Shown here: piece after piece, positions 40,186 through 50,012 of the stretch
How positions within the stretch are numbered: the stretch's first letter is position 1
How the letters are laid out: each line of letters starts with the position of its first letter
DNA from: a virus
DNA: 64,000 nt
IMG/VR virus record: IMGVR_UViG_3300047481_001036
Strand: one strand, 5' to 3'
Notes under the pieces: model-generated
Seen by the model: the letters and a program-made list of their open reading frames with translations, nothing else
Databases searched by the model: none
What the model was told of the DNA's origin: nothing
Position numbers and translations under genes: made by a program

Positions 40186-40256
40186 ATTGGCGTAGTTCAA
40201 CGGTAGAATGACGGTCTCCAAAACCGTAGATGAGGGTTCGATTCCCTCCGCCTTTG
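40186..40256 (+). tRNA. tRNA-Trp(CCA), two U-U mismatches in acceptor stem
   Basis: ACGGT-CTCCAAA-ACCGT; acceptor ATTGGCG/CGCCTTT. Confidence 0.75.
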
Positions 40257-40258
40257 CT

Positions 40259-40338
40259 GGTGAGTTTCCAGAGCGGCAAATGGGCCTGACTGTAGATCAG
40301 GTGCTTCGGCTTCGGGGGTTCGAGTCCCTCACTCACCA
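40259..40338 (+). tRNA. tRNA-Tyr(GUA)
   Basis: CCTGA-CTGTAGA-TCAGG; the repeat element begins at the next base. Confidence 0.92.
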
Positions 40339-40488
40339 TAAAATATTGATAACAAAAGACTTAGAGCAATTTGATCGGCCGAATCATACCTAAGTACTTA
40401 TTCTTCAACAACTTAGATTTTCTAAAGACTTCTCTTGACAGTAGCCGATAATAGTGTAGAATACGAGCAACACAAGAGGAGAAGAATC

Positions 40489-40854
40489 ATGGGTTTGGAT
40501 CAGTATGCATATTGCGTTGATAACAATGGAGAAAAGGAAGAATTGGCGTATTGGCGTAAGCATCCTAATCTCCAAGGTTTTATGGAACGTCTCTGGGAAA
40601 GCAAGGGTCGTCCCGGTGATCGTGATGAACATAATATGCTGGGAGATTTTAATTGTATCCCAGTAGAATTGACTTATGAAGATTTGGATAGTCTGGAGAA
40701 GGCGGTATCATCTAAAGGATTACCGGAAACCGGCGGATTCTTTTTTGGTAGCGATAGTGACGAATATTACAAGAATCAGGATTTGGAGTTTGTAGGCAAG
40801 GCTCGTGAAGCACTTGATGCCGGTCTGCATGTTTTTTACGATAGTTGGTGGTGA
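40489..40854 (+). CDS. conserved phage hypothetical protein
   Basis: MGLDQY...YWRKH...GFFFG...YDSWW family pattern. Confidence 0.7.
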   Translation: MGLDQYAYCVDNNGEKEELAYWRKHPNLQGFMERLWESKGRPGDRDEHNMLGDFNCIPVELTYEDLDSLEKAVSSKGLPETGGFFFGSDSDEYYKNQDLEFVGKAREALDAGLHVFYDSWW

Positions 40855-40987
40855 AATCCTAAAGAACCAGTTGACAGATGCCGATATACACTGTATAATA
40901 CAAAACTGACCATCAAGCATAATCGTAAAGAAAAAGGGACGCTTTGCTTGCAAAGATGATCCAGCGTGGTATGATGGTGGTCTACTC

Positions 40988-41063
40988 GGGGCGTAAGGTA
41001 AGCCGGTTGCATCCGACACTCTTATAAGGTGTTCATAGGTACGTTCGACTCGTACACGCCCTA
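40988..41063 (+). tRNA. tRNA-Ile(UAU)
   Basis: GGGGCGT/ACGCCCT; ACACT-CTTATAA-GGTGT; GTACG-TTCGACT-CGTAC. Confidence 0.8.
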
Positions 41064-41096
41064 CTCGGAGGCTGACGTTTTTTTGAGTTACGAAGT

Positions 41097-41169
41097 GGCC
41101 CTATCGTCTAACGGTTCAGGACTTCGGATTTTCGTTCCGAATATCGGGGTTCGAATCCCCGTAGGGTCA
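41097..41169 (+). tRNA. tRNA-Glu(UUC)
   Basis: TCGGA-TTTTCGT-TCCGA. Confidence 0.9.
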
Positions 41170-41208
41170 TTTGACAAATAGAAAAAGTACGATATACTAT
41201 ATAAAAAT

Positions 41209-41281
41209 GGGCCTCTAGCTCAATTGGCAGAGCAAGGAGCTTTTAACTCTTAGGTTCAGGGTTCGAGTCCCTGGGGGCCCA
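41209..41281 (+). tRNA. tRNA-Lys(UUU)
   Basis: AGGAG-CTTTTAA-CTCTT. Confidence 0.92.
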
Positions 41282-41331
41282 CTTGACAAGTTTAGCCGAT
41301 TGGTGTATAATAGTTTTACTCGGGAGAGATT

Positions 41332-41532
41332 ATGATGAATGATAATGAGTATGAATACGATTATCACGATCTGGCACAAAACTCTGAAGACTTGTATGAA
41401 GACGAGTGCTACTATGACGATGGTGTAGACGAGTCTTGGATGGTTTTAGATGACGATGAAAAAGAAACCACAGATGATAATGGTTGGGATAATTACTATC
41501 ATAATCTAACAGATGAAATCATAGACGATTGA
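41332..41532 (+). CDS. highly acidic small protein
   Basis: 66 aa, D/E/Y-rich, own promoter at 41283. Confidence 0.65.
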   Translation: MMNDNEYEYDYHDLAQNSEDLYEDECYYDDGVDESWMVLDDDEKETTDDNGWDNYYHNLTDEIIDD

Positions 41533-41630
41533 TCTCTCCTCAACGGATGCAACTTGGTGGGACAAGTATCTATTCACTCCTTTCTTTCTTTTCTCTAAGT
41601 ACGTTCGAATCGTACCATCCGTTATTAATC

Positions 41631-42128
41631 ATGTCAGATATACTCAATAGTAATATCGAAGATTGTCGTAAAACAGACACAGGGGTTATTCAAGGAGCGT
41701 CTCATACCTGTAGAGTATTGAACCATAAGAATCGTAATAAGATTATTATTAAGGCAGTATGCGATCTAAGAAAAATATATGATGATTTTGATAGTATTGC
41801 TTGCTGCGGCGTAAGCGGTTTGATGGTAGTACCGCAGATAGCAGAAATTCTTAATAAGAACATAGTTATTATTAGAAAACAAAATGAAAAAAGATATAGC
41901 GATTTTTATATCGAAGGAGTTTCTCCTTTTAGATATGTTATTGTTGATGATCTGATTTGTTCTGGTAATACCGTTAAGTGGATACAAAATGCTATTTACG
42001 AAGATAATCCTAAAGCCAGATGTGTAGGATTGTATTGTTATTTGCCAGAAGAATGCTCTTATACTAAAGACACCGCTAAACTATTTTATCAAAGATACAA
42101 AATAAATCTCCTAAACCCTGCTCCATAA
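41631..42128 (+). CDS. type I phosphoribosyltransferase-like protein
   Basis: YVIVDDLICSGNT PRPP-binding motif. Confidence 0.75.
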   Translation: MSDILNSNIEDCRKTDTGVIQGASHTCRVLNHKNRNKIIIKAVCDLRKIYDDFDSIACCGVSGLMVVPQIAEILNKNIVIIRKQNEKRYSDFYIEGVSPFRYVIVDDLICSGNTVKWIQNAIYEDNPKARCVGLYCYLPEECSYTKDTAKLFYQRYKINLLNPAP

Positions 42129-42291
42129 TAGACTTAGAGCATTTTGCGTGGGCCGGGCTAGCCATAAGTACTTGCCAGTAAAAGACTTGCGAACAAAAAA
42201 TTTTTCCGCAAGTTTGGCTATTGACACGCCGATAATAGATGATAGAATCAGCGTATCGGAACGAAGAATCAGTAACACGAAAGGGTTGATT

Positions 42292-43239
42292 ATGCCTGCT
42301 ATGGTTGAAAAGATGATGTTTGTCGGTGCTACCCCGTGGCACGGTGAGGGTACGCAGTTGGAAGAGAACCCGTCTATCAGCGAGGCTATTGTTGCCGCTG
42401 GTCTGGATTGGGAAGTCGGCACTAAGCCGCTGTTTACGTCGGAAGGCGAGGAGGTCAACGCTAAGGCGACTTTCCGCAAGACCGACAACCGTGTTCTCGG
42501 AGTCGTGGGGCCACGTTATACGCCGCTCCAGAATCAGGATGCTTTCGATTGGTTCCAGCCTTTTCTTGACGCTGGCGAGTGTCAACTGCATACCGCCGGT
42601 TCGCTCAGTGAGGGCGAGAAGGTTTGGGTGCTGGCTCAACTCAACCGTGACAATTGTGAGATTGTCAAGGGTGATGAGGTGAGCAAGTTTATTCTGCTGT
42701 CTAACAGCCACGACGGTACAACGTCGATCCGCGTCGGATATACTCCGATTCGCGTGGTCTGTGTTAATACCCTCGCCGCTGCTCATACTAGCAAGGAAAG
42801 TTCTCTGATTCGGATTCGTCACACACGCTCCAGCAAGACCAATCTGGAGAACGTGCGAGATATTATGGACAATATCAACGCACAATTTGAGGCGACTGCG
42901 GAACAGTATCGGTTCCTCGCGTCTAAGGATTTCAACCAGAATGACGTTCGTAAGTACGTCAAGGTGCTGCTCGGGATCGACAAGACCCCGGACGAGGATA
43001 TTAAGACTCGTACCCGCAACATCATGGACGAGATTCTTACACTCGTCGAAGGCCCGAAGCAGAGTGCTACCGGGGTTCGTGGAACATGGTGGGCTGCCTA
43101 CAACGGTTTCAATGAATATCTTAACTACACTAAGGGTCGTTCGGTGAGCAACCGTCTCGATTCACTCTGGTTCGGCCAGAATGGAGTTGAGAACCGCAAG
43201 GCTCTCGACACGGCTATGGAGTTTGCGAACGCCGTCTAA
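42292..43239 (+). CDS. DUF932 (TIGR03299-like) phage/plasmid protein
   Basis: PWHGEG...GLDWEV...YTPLQN...LSNSHDG...TPIRVVCVNT...GTWWAAYNG. Confidence 0.85.
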   Translation: MPAMVEKMMFVGATPWHGEGTQLEENPSISEAIVAAGLDWEVGTKPLFTSEGEEVNAKATFRKTDNRVLGVVGPRYTPLQNQDAFDWFQPFLDAGECQLHTAGSLSEGEKVWVLAQLNRDNCEIVKGDEVSKFILLSNSHDGTTSIRVGYTPIRVVCVNTLAAAHTSKESSLIRIRHTRSSKTNLENVRDIMDNINAQFEATAEQYRFLASKDFNQNDVRKYVKVLLGIDKTPDEDIKTRTRNIMDEILTLVEGPKQSATGVRGTWWAAYNGFNEYLNYTKGRSVSNRLDSLWFGQNGVENRKALDTAMEFANAV

Positions 43240-43263
43240 TCCTTTCGTGGTGCGGTTCAATGC

Positions 43264-43308
43264 GAGAGGGCCGCTGCTGGGCAACTGGCGGCGGCTCTCT
43301 CCGTTTTT
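43264..43308 (+). terminator. intrinsic terminator
   Basis: GAGAGGGCCGCTGCTGG-GCAA-CTGGCGGCGGCTCTCTC followed by a T run. Confidence 0.75.
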
Positions 43309-44589
43309 ATTTAAAAAAGCGTATCGACATAAGATATTGATAAATAAGCACTTACGACGGGTCGGGCCCGCAAAATTTGTCGTAACTTTAAATACCACAA
43401 GGACTTAGGAGATTTCCTATAGACTATCTGACGAAATGACGATACAATAGATGTAAGTGTCTTAGAGACAAGGAGTTAGGAACAATATATTGTTTAGATT
43501 TATCTTTGTCGTATCTAATCCTACGGAATTGCCGAATATGCCAACAGTCAGCCAAAAGTATGGTAGTATTATGTTTGGTAATGATTCTAAGTATAGTAAT
43601 ACCAATCACTTGCGTAAAGTTCCAATGTGTGGTATACTGTAGGAGTAGGGGAGGTATTAGGTATACTAATAATCTCTTATATATTTGAGATTGATTATCA
43701 ATAACTCTGTCTCATCTAATCCTACGGATTTGGCGGTCTTAGTGATAGTCAGCGAGTTTTATGGGACCTATTATGTTTAGTCCAATAGATATAACGGCTT
43801 ATCTTTCAATATTGCTAGTATCATATGATATTCATAAACCTAGTATCATTTCTTATAATTCATATACTACTACTCATATCATTACTAATTCTGATATGTA
43901 TGATGTAAATAAGATTATAGAAAAAGCATTTATGCAGGAAGAAAAATGATAAAATGTTTTAGTTTTGTTCACGGGCATAAAAATGCTCAAGAAATAGTTG
44001 TTGATCTTAATGGAATGAAAAGTATCCAGAGTGATCCGTTCTATATACAATATGATAGAAATAAGGATTATGGTAAGGATGATAGTTATTGTATTAGGGG
44101 AAATGTTACTGAAAATGATTGGGACGAATTAGATTTGTCTAGCGATTTTATGGAGATTTAATATGCAAGTATTTGTAGTATTTGATTTTCCCGGTGTTGA
44201 TCCTGACAGTGAAGAAGCAGACAATATTGTAGAATGTCTTGAAATTGATCTTGAACATTTTGCTGAAGAAACTGGACACTCTTGGTATATTGATGATGCT
44301 ATGGCCGATTAGTTAAATTGTTATAGTACGGTCATTGTGGATGTCGATATGTATGGTATACTGGCTCTATTGCAAAGGAGGTCAAGGAGTACACGAATGA
44401 AGGTTATTAATATTACTATGGAATTAGTTATTGATGACGATATTACTAATCTGGATAAGATCGCAGATTATCTGAATAATAAACTATATACTGATCCAGA
44501 ATTTTTTGGAGATTTTGGGCCTGAGAATATAGAGTCTATTGATAACGAGGACGGAACTCCTATTTATGACCAAAAATATGGGTGGGCTA

Positions 44590-44793
44590 ATGATCCAAGT
44601 GAATGATAAAAATCGTGAAGAAATTCTTGATAAATATGCTGAGAGTGTTATGGATGGTATGGACTTTCAGAGACTATGGGAATTGGCCTATAATAGTATA
44701 AGGGATAGTAAAGACCTTATGGAAAATGAGGCTTTAGAATCTGAGATTCTTGATTGTTGTCCTGAAATTTTAGAGGAGCATAGTCATGAATGA
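44590..44793 (+). CDS. small helical protein, same family as 46661-46912 and 46909-47157
   Basis: Shared VNxxNrexI..rY..y....MD...EI...cP.iLE pattern. Confidence 0.6.
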   Translation: MIQVNDKNREEILDKYAESVMDGMDFQRLWELAYNSIRDSKDLMENEALESEILDCCPEILEEHSHE

Positions 44794-45018
44794 TGAACAT
44801 ATTGCTACATATCTTTATGATGTTAATCATGATGATGGTGTTTATGAGATATATGCTATATATGATAGTTGGTCTGATAGAGATAATAGGAAAGTATCTT
44901 ACTATGATGTATTTAACAAGAAAGGGATTTGCGTAAACGAAGGCGATCCATTCTATAGTCTGCCATCATGGCAGGATATATATCATAACTATTACAATAA
45001 AATACCTAATCAATCATA

Positions 45019-45411
45019 ATGCAAAAATCAGCCACGGTAGCTTTAGTATCCAATAATAAGCTTCTTCTTTTAGAGAGAGGTCATACTGCTCCATGGAATC
45101 CTAATAAATATTGTTTACCGGGCGGAAAATTAGATAACAATGAATCATTAATATCTTGTGCTATCAGAGAACTTAAAGAGGAAACAGACATTGACTTATC
45201 TTCTAATCAATTAAAACCTATAGTTATTAACTATCCTAAATATTCCAAAACCATATTTGTTTGTTGTGATAATACAAGTCATATAGTAAAACTCAACTGG
45301 GAACACTCAAAATACCTGTGGGCATCGTATGCTGATTCGCTCACAATACCCATAGTCCCCGGTCTGATGACAACTATTAAAACTCTCGTGGATCATGGCT
45401 ACATGGTTTAA
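45019..45411 (+). CDS. NUDIX hydrolase
   Basis: GGKLDNNESLISCAIRELKEET Nudix box. Confidence 0.9.
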   Translation: MQKSATVALVSNNKLLLLERGHTAPWNPNKYCLPGGKLDNNESLISCAIRELKEETDIDLSSNQLKPIVINYPKYSKTIFVCCDNTSHIVKLNWEHSKYLWASYADSLTIPIVPGLMTTIKTLVDHGYMV

Positions 45412-46660
45412 ACAAAACAAAAACTGGAGCATCAGAGTCATTATATCCAAATAGATACCATTGTCAAGGAGTTATCTTATGCGAAATCCAAAGGAAATTA
45501 TAAATACTATTATTGCTGGTGATGATCTTTATTGGGATGCTTATGAAAATAAATATATTGCTCTAAGTACGGATGAAATTAATAGTATTATTAAGTCCTG
45601 TATAGACAATGATATTCATGATGAAAAGAGTATGATGAAGGTTATGAACTGGTGTACCAGTGTAAGAATAGGCTCTCTTCTTATGAAGAATTTTCTGGAA
45701 GGTAAGATAAGAATCTCTTGTGATGATAATAGTGATGAGCCTGAGTTCTCTAAGAAGTAATATATTATATCCTCACCCGCTGCATAATATATAATCTCTT
45801 TCATGTGGGTTGTCAAGCAAGAAAATTTTTATAAATCTATCATAGAACGTAAGTTGTTGATACACAAGAGGTTGCGTCAAAGAGTCGTGTGTGGTAGAAT
45901 GTACAGTGTGGTCACTTTCACCTTTTGGAGTCTTTTATGCTTGGTATGTGTTTGTGCTTCGGTATTTGTTTCGGAATGTTGAACGGATATATGCAAGTCA
46001 CTTACAACTAAGATACCAAATAATATTCATTGTTATTCATCTTCTTTTAGAAGAATAAATATTTATAAGATAATAATCAATGATCCATTTCAGTGATATC
46101 TCAGATGATATAAGTTTGATAAAATGAAAGCCGATGATTATAATACGATTGTTTACTATTATTGCTAATATTACCGATGATTCTAGTACTATAAAAAAGG
46201 AGTGTCATTGCTGCATGTAACAGAATATCTTTTGATTCTAAAGCAGCTTATGAATCATTAATCTCAATAGAACCACTAATAGTAAATAGACACATGAAAT
46301 ACGAACACATGTTCGTTAAATATATTTGCTACTCATAATAGTAAATATAACACATAACCCTCTGGCGCCTCTTTATAATGCGTACTTCCAGAGGGTTTTT
46401 TATTGATACTAAGAATAGTAGTCTAGCATTTGTATAGGCCACTTACTGTCTTATCTAATGCTCCAAGATTGGTGGTAATGGTGACAGTCAGCCAATAATA
46501 GGGGCCGTGGTAAAAGTTGTATTATGATATCTATTGACCCTTCATGGGTCTATTGTATAATGCAATAGTCCACGGAGCCATTGATCAGTCGTAGATAACT
46601 ATGGTGGATCATTGGAGTCATAGGCATGGTGTTTTTACAACTTGTTCTATGAGGTGATAT

Positions 46661-47377
46661 ATGATGTCTTGGAACTTAGAAGTTAATGGTAACAACAGAG
46701 ATGAGATTCAATCTAGATATGTAAATTATTTGATATCAAGAATGGATTTCATAGAAATACGTAATGTTTTAAAGGACTATATTAATACTGACAAGATCTT
46801 TTACTCTCATGATGATTTGTTAGATGAGATAAAAGCAAGAGGGCCAGAGGCTATTAGTGAAGTATTTAATCGTTCTAGTAATCTTACTGTAAATGAGGAG
46901 GTGTTACTATGAGACATTTTAAAGTTAATAGTGAGAATAAAGAATACATAGTTAAGAGATATACTGATTATCTCTTATCTCGTATGGATAATCTTGAAGT
47001 TTGGGAAGGATTCAAAGAATACTTTTATAAGGAGAAGCTATCGTATCCTAATGATACTTTGGAGCAAGAGATTAATAGATATTGTCCTTCAATTCTAGAA
47101 GACCATATTGCTGAAGAAGTAATAGGAAAGGGACACGAATATGCCAAGACTATTTAACAGAGTTATTAGTTTTAGAGTAGAGGGCGAAATATATGATACT
47201 GATACTACTCCGGAACAGATTATAAAAAGTTATGACTGGTCTTTTAAACATGACGGAGGCAACTCTATATTCTGCTCAGCATCATATGACGATAATCGTG
47301 GTCGTATCACAAATATGACTAGACTAAATAAAATCCAAAAATGGAGAAAGCCTGATACTGAATATTTTATTATATAA
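46661..47377 (+). CDS. three hypothetical genes (46661-46912, 46909-47157, 47141-47377); first two paralogous
   Basis: Overlapping ORFs, GAGG SD. Confidence 0.6.
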
Positions 47378-47652
47378 AGTAAAGAGATAAAGTTGAGTGG
47401 CATAAACGCCCCAACTTGTCTCATCTAATATTAACGGTTTGATTTTTTTGATAGTAGTCAGTCAAAATCTGTTATTAATAATCCGTCACATAGTCCCACC
47501 TAATGTTCTAGATTTGGTTTTAGTGGTAATAGTCAGCCAAACTAGATGATCTGAATAAAGAATTGATTCTTGACCCTATGCTCCACAAAGTTATCATAGA
47601 CAACCTAACCGTCGCACGGATGCGACATTTTTTTCAACAGGAGAAAATTTTT

Positions 47653-47868
47653 ATGATGAAGTTTGCACTAGTAGTGGTTCTCATGGTATTCGGTTCGTCA
47701 GCATTTGCTGGTGAGTGTGTTAGTGGCAATTGTACTCTACGAAGTCGAGTTGTCAATGTTACTAGGGAAGTAATTTCTGTTCCAGTAACAGTAACCCGCC
47801 GAACGGTTGAGGCTACTCGTAATGTTGGTCGCAAGTCTGTGGCCCGCGTTCGTAGCGTTGTGCGATGA
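47653..47868 (+). CDS. small secreted Arg/Val-rich protein
   Basis: Signal peptide ending AFA, then GECVSGNC. Confidence 0.6.
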   Translation: MMKFALVVVLMVFGSSAFAGECVSGNCTLRSRVVNVTREVISVPVTVTRRTVEATRNVGRKSVARVRSVVR

Positions 47869-47994
47869 ACAATATTTGATAGATAATCTGAAGGGTTATA
47901 ATAACTTGTCAGACTATAGATCACTAGAAAATTCCCTCGAATAAACTCGGGGGTCTTTTCTTAAATAGACTTATTTACTTCAAGGAGGAATATT

Positions 47995-48339
47995 ATGAAA
48001 AATTTTATGATCGCATTAGCACTTATTTTTTGCATTAGTTTTACCGCAGAAGCAGCAAGACCAAACTATTATAGTCCGACCACTAATAGGGTCTATAGTT
48101 ATACTAATAGTCAAAATATAGGATCAGATCAGGATCGTTGTCAAGCAGAAGCTAATTATATGGCAGCTAATAATATTACTGGTCATGTATGGGGAACTAT
48201 AGGACGATTTGAAGGCGTGGGTTATGGGGGTAGTCCTAATTGTAATACCTGTGTTCCTAGTAGCAGAATGACTCCAACAGGAGATGCTTCGGCTCAAGGT
48301 AGGAATGGTAAATGGTATAGAGTTAGGTCGTGGAGATAA
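47995..48339 (+). CDS. secreted protein (minimal CAP/SCP-like)
   Basis: Signal peptide ending AEA; AxYMA...GH...FEGVG...GDASAQG..G.WY.VR.W. Confidence 0.55.
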   Translation: MKNFMIALALIFCISFTAEAARPNYYSPTTNRVYSYTNSQNIGSDQDRCQAEANYMAANNITGHVWGTIGRFEGVGYGGSPNCNTCVPSSRMTPTGDASAQGRNGKWYRVRSWR

Positions 48340-48349
48340 AAGTCTCTAA

Positions 48350-48422
48350 GCAAGAGTAGCTCAATTGGCAGAGCGTCAGGTTTCCAACCTGAATGTTGAG
48401 GGTTCGATTCCCTTCTCTTGCT
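48350..48422 (+). tRNA. tRNA-Gly(UCC)
   Basis: TCAGG-TTTCCAA-CCTGA. Confidence 0.92.
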
Positions 48423-48769
48423 TTTAATATGTTGATTTTGTCACAGCTAATATTCTGGATTTGGGTATTATGGGTACAGTCAGCCAAACTTATATTTTAT
48501 GATTGCTATTAAGTTAGATAAAAATATATCATGTGAAAATATATGTATGCAGATTCAACTATTAATTAATCAAGCTCAAGCTTCTATGAATACTAATGAT
48601 AGTTTATTGGTTATAGATATAAAACCTATCATAGATACTAATATAGTTACTGATGTTCCTAAGTTGACCTATAACAATAGTCCCGATTGACACTGGGCCA
48701 CTTCAAACTTACTATAGTCTTAGCTAATCATTCAACTTTGGAATTTATGGAAACAGTCAGCGAGACATT

Positions 48770-49057
48770 ATGACAAAAAAGAAAACCAACCAGAAGAAGA
48801 GCAAAAAGACATTACCAAAAAGATCGGGTCAAGATTGTCCTGATGGAGTTTGTCCTATCAAAAAACCTAAAGCTAAGATAAAGTCTAAAGGTAAAAAGAC
48901 AACATCCAAATCAAAAGATATTAATGTTGTAGTTCCTATTCCGGCCCCGATTCCTATTGCTATTCCTGTAACTATTCCTATTCCATCCGGCAACGGAATT
49001 TTAGGCAAAATTAAAAATGTATTTTCTAGGTTTAGTCGTTATGGAAGAGATTCTTAG
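48770..49057 (+). CDS. Lys-rich protein with CPDGVCP and (IP)n segment
   Basis: 95 aa. Confidence 0.55.
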   Translation: MTKKKTNQKKSKKTLPKRSGQDCPDGVCPIKKPKAKIKSKGKKTTSKSKDINVVVPIPAPIPIAIPVTIPIPSGNGILGKIKNVFSRFSRYGRDS

Positions 49058-50012
49058 GTTTCTAATATCTATGGTTGCTAGTATCATGGTTGTAGAAACC
49101 ATAGTATATTTTATGGCCAAATGGTTTATGTATTATGTTTCATCTCCAACTGATAGCTCAGACCATAAATAAAAAACCACTAGTTCCTACTCTTATTCAT
49201 GATCCAACAACCAGAATAATAGTAATACTATCCCTACTAGTAGTATCAGTCACCATCTTGTATAGAGTATGGAAATATTTTAATGAGATATAATGATCTA
49301 GGACAATATGGCCACATTATTATTCCACTCTGCATCATAATTTATCTAGGATTATATTCATATTTAAGCAGAGAGTACGGGGCCATAGATGAGTGAGTCA
49401 GAAATAAAAGCCTGGATAATTTTAGGATTCGTTTACCTAGTATGTATAATAGGCACAATATTTATTGTAAGGGCAGAAAATGAAAAAGACTGAATTTCAT
49501 ATTTGTTTTATTAAAAATCTAGCTTTTATAATGCTAGTGACAGTAGTTTCTATGGTTTCTATGCGATTTTTTCTTACAAATCTATTTTTTGTTTCCTCAA
49601 ATACCCCCGTTTATACCTCTCATCAATCTTAGCCTAACGCCGAATCAGGGAAATAATAGCTAATAGTTTCTATTTTCTATTAAAAGTATTCAATTTTTAC
49701 TTATTGATTATGCCCGTGGTGAAAAACGCATTAAAGATGGCTATTAGGAATGGCCGATAATCCAGTTTGACAACCATCAGTTTCTATGGTATGCTGGATA
49801 CTACTGGTAATGGTAGTTTTACTAATAGGTATAGGAAAAAATGTATAAAAATGTATTATTGACCGATAAAGAAATTGCTCTACTCAAGCGTGTTGTAGGC
49901 GATTATTTGCATGAAAAACTTACTCCAGAACGTAATAATTTGACCATTATTCTTAACCGTTTGCGTGGTATTAAACCCACTAAAAGTTATAATCAAAGTA
50001 TAGATTAGGGAA

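Larger units (their letters stand above)
21857..43478. repeat. array of 21 paired 9-7-9 inverted-repeat elements separating gene units
   Basis: Start coordinates of the two 25-bp sites per element: 21857/21909, 22484/22537, 23492/23544, 24044/24097, 24739/24792, 25604/25656, 26411/26464, 27353/27406, 28276/28329, 28992/29044, 30119/30172, 31007/31060, 32218/32271, 34357/34410, 35517/35570, 36870/36923, 37736/37789, 38864/38917, 40339/40391, 42112/42165, 43330/43383. Extra single sites at 24876, 43454 and (weak) 45850. Example TAAGTCCTT-GCTGCTA-AAGGACTTA. Confidence 0.95.
28576..48761 (+). repeat. dispersed motif GTC-N4-CTAAT-N26-AGTCAG, 10 copies
   Basis: GTC starts at 28576, 31281, 34572, 43508, 43709, 46448, 47418, 47493, 48440 and 48717; spacing is invariant. 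Confidence 0.9.

Noticed and set aside
40208-40393. 61-aa ORF
   Set aside because: Overlaps tRNA-Trp, tRNA-Tyr and a repeat element.
21857-43478. CRISPR array interpretation of the repeats
   Set aside because: Repeats are degenerate and separated by 0.5-2 kb of genes rather than 30-40 bp spacers; no cas genes in the window.
21857-48761. Canonical integron (attC/IntI)
   Set aside because: Neither motif has RYYYAAC...GTTRRRY with L boxes and extrahelical bases, the units carry their own promoters, and no integrase is visible. Only an analogy is claimed.
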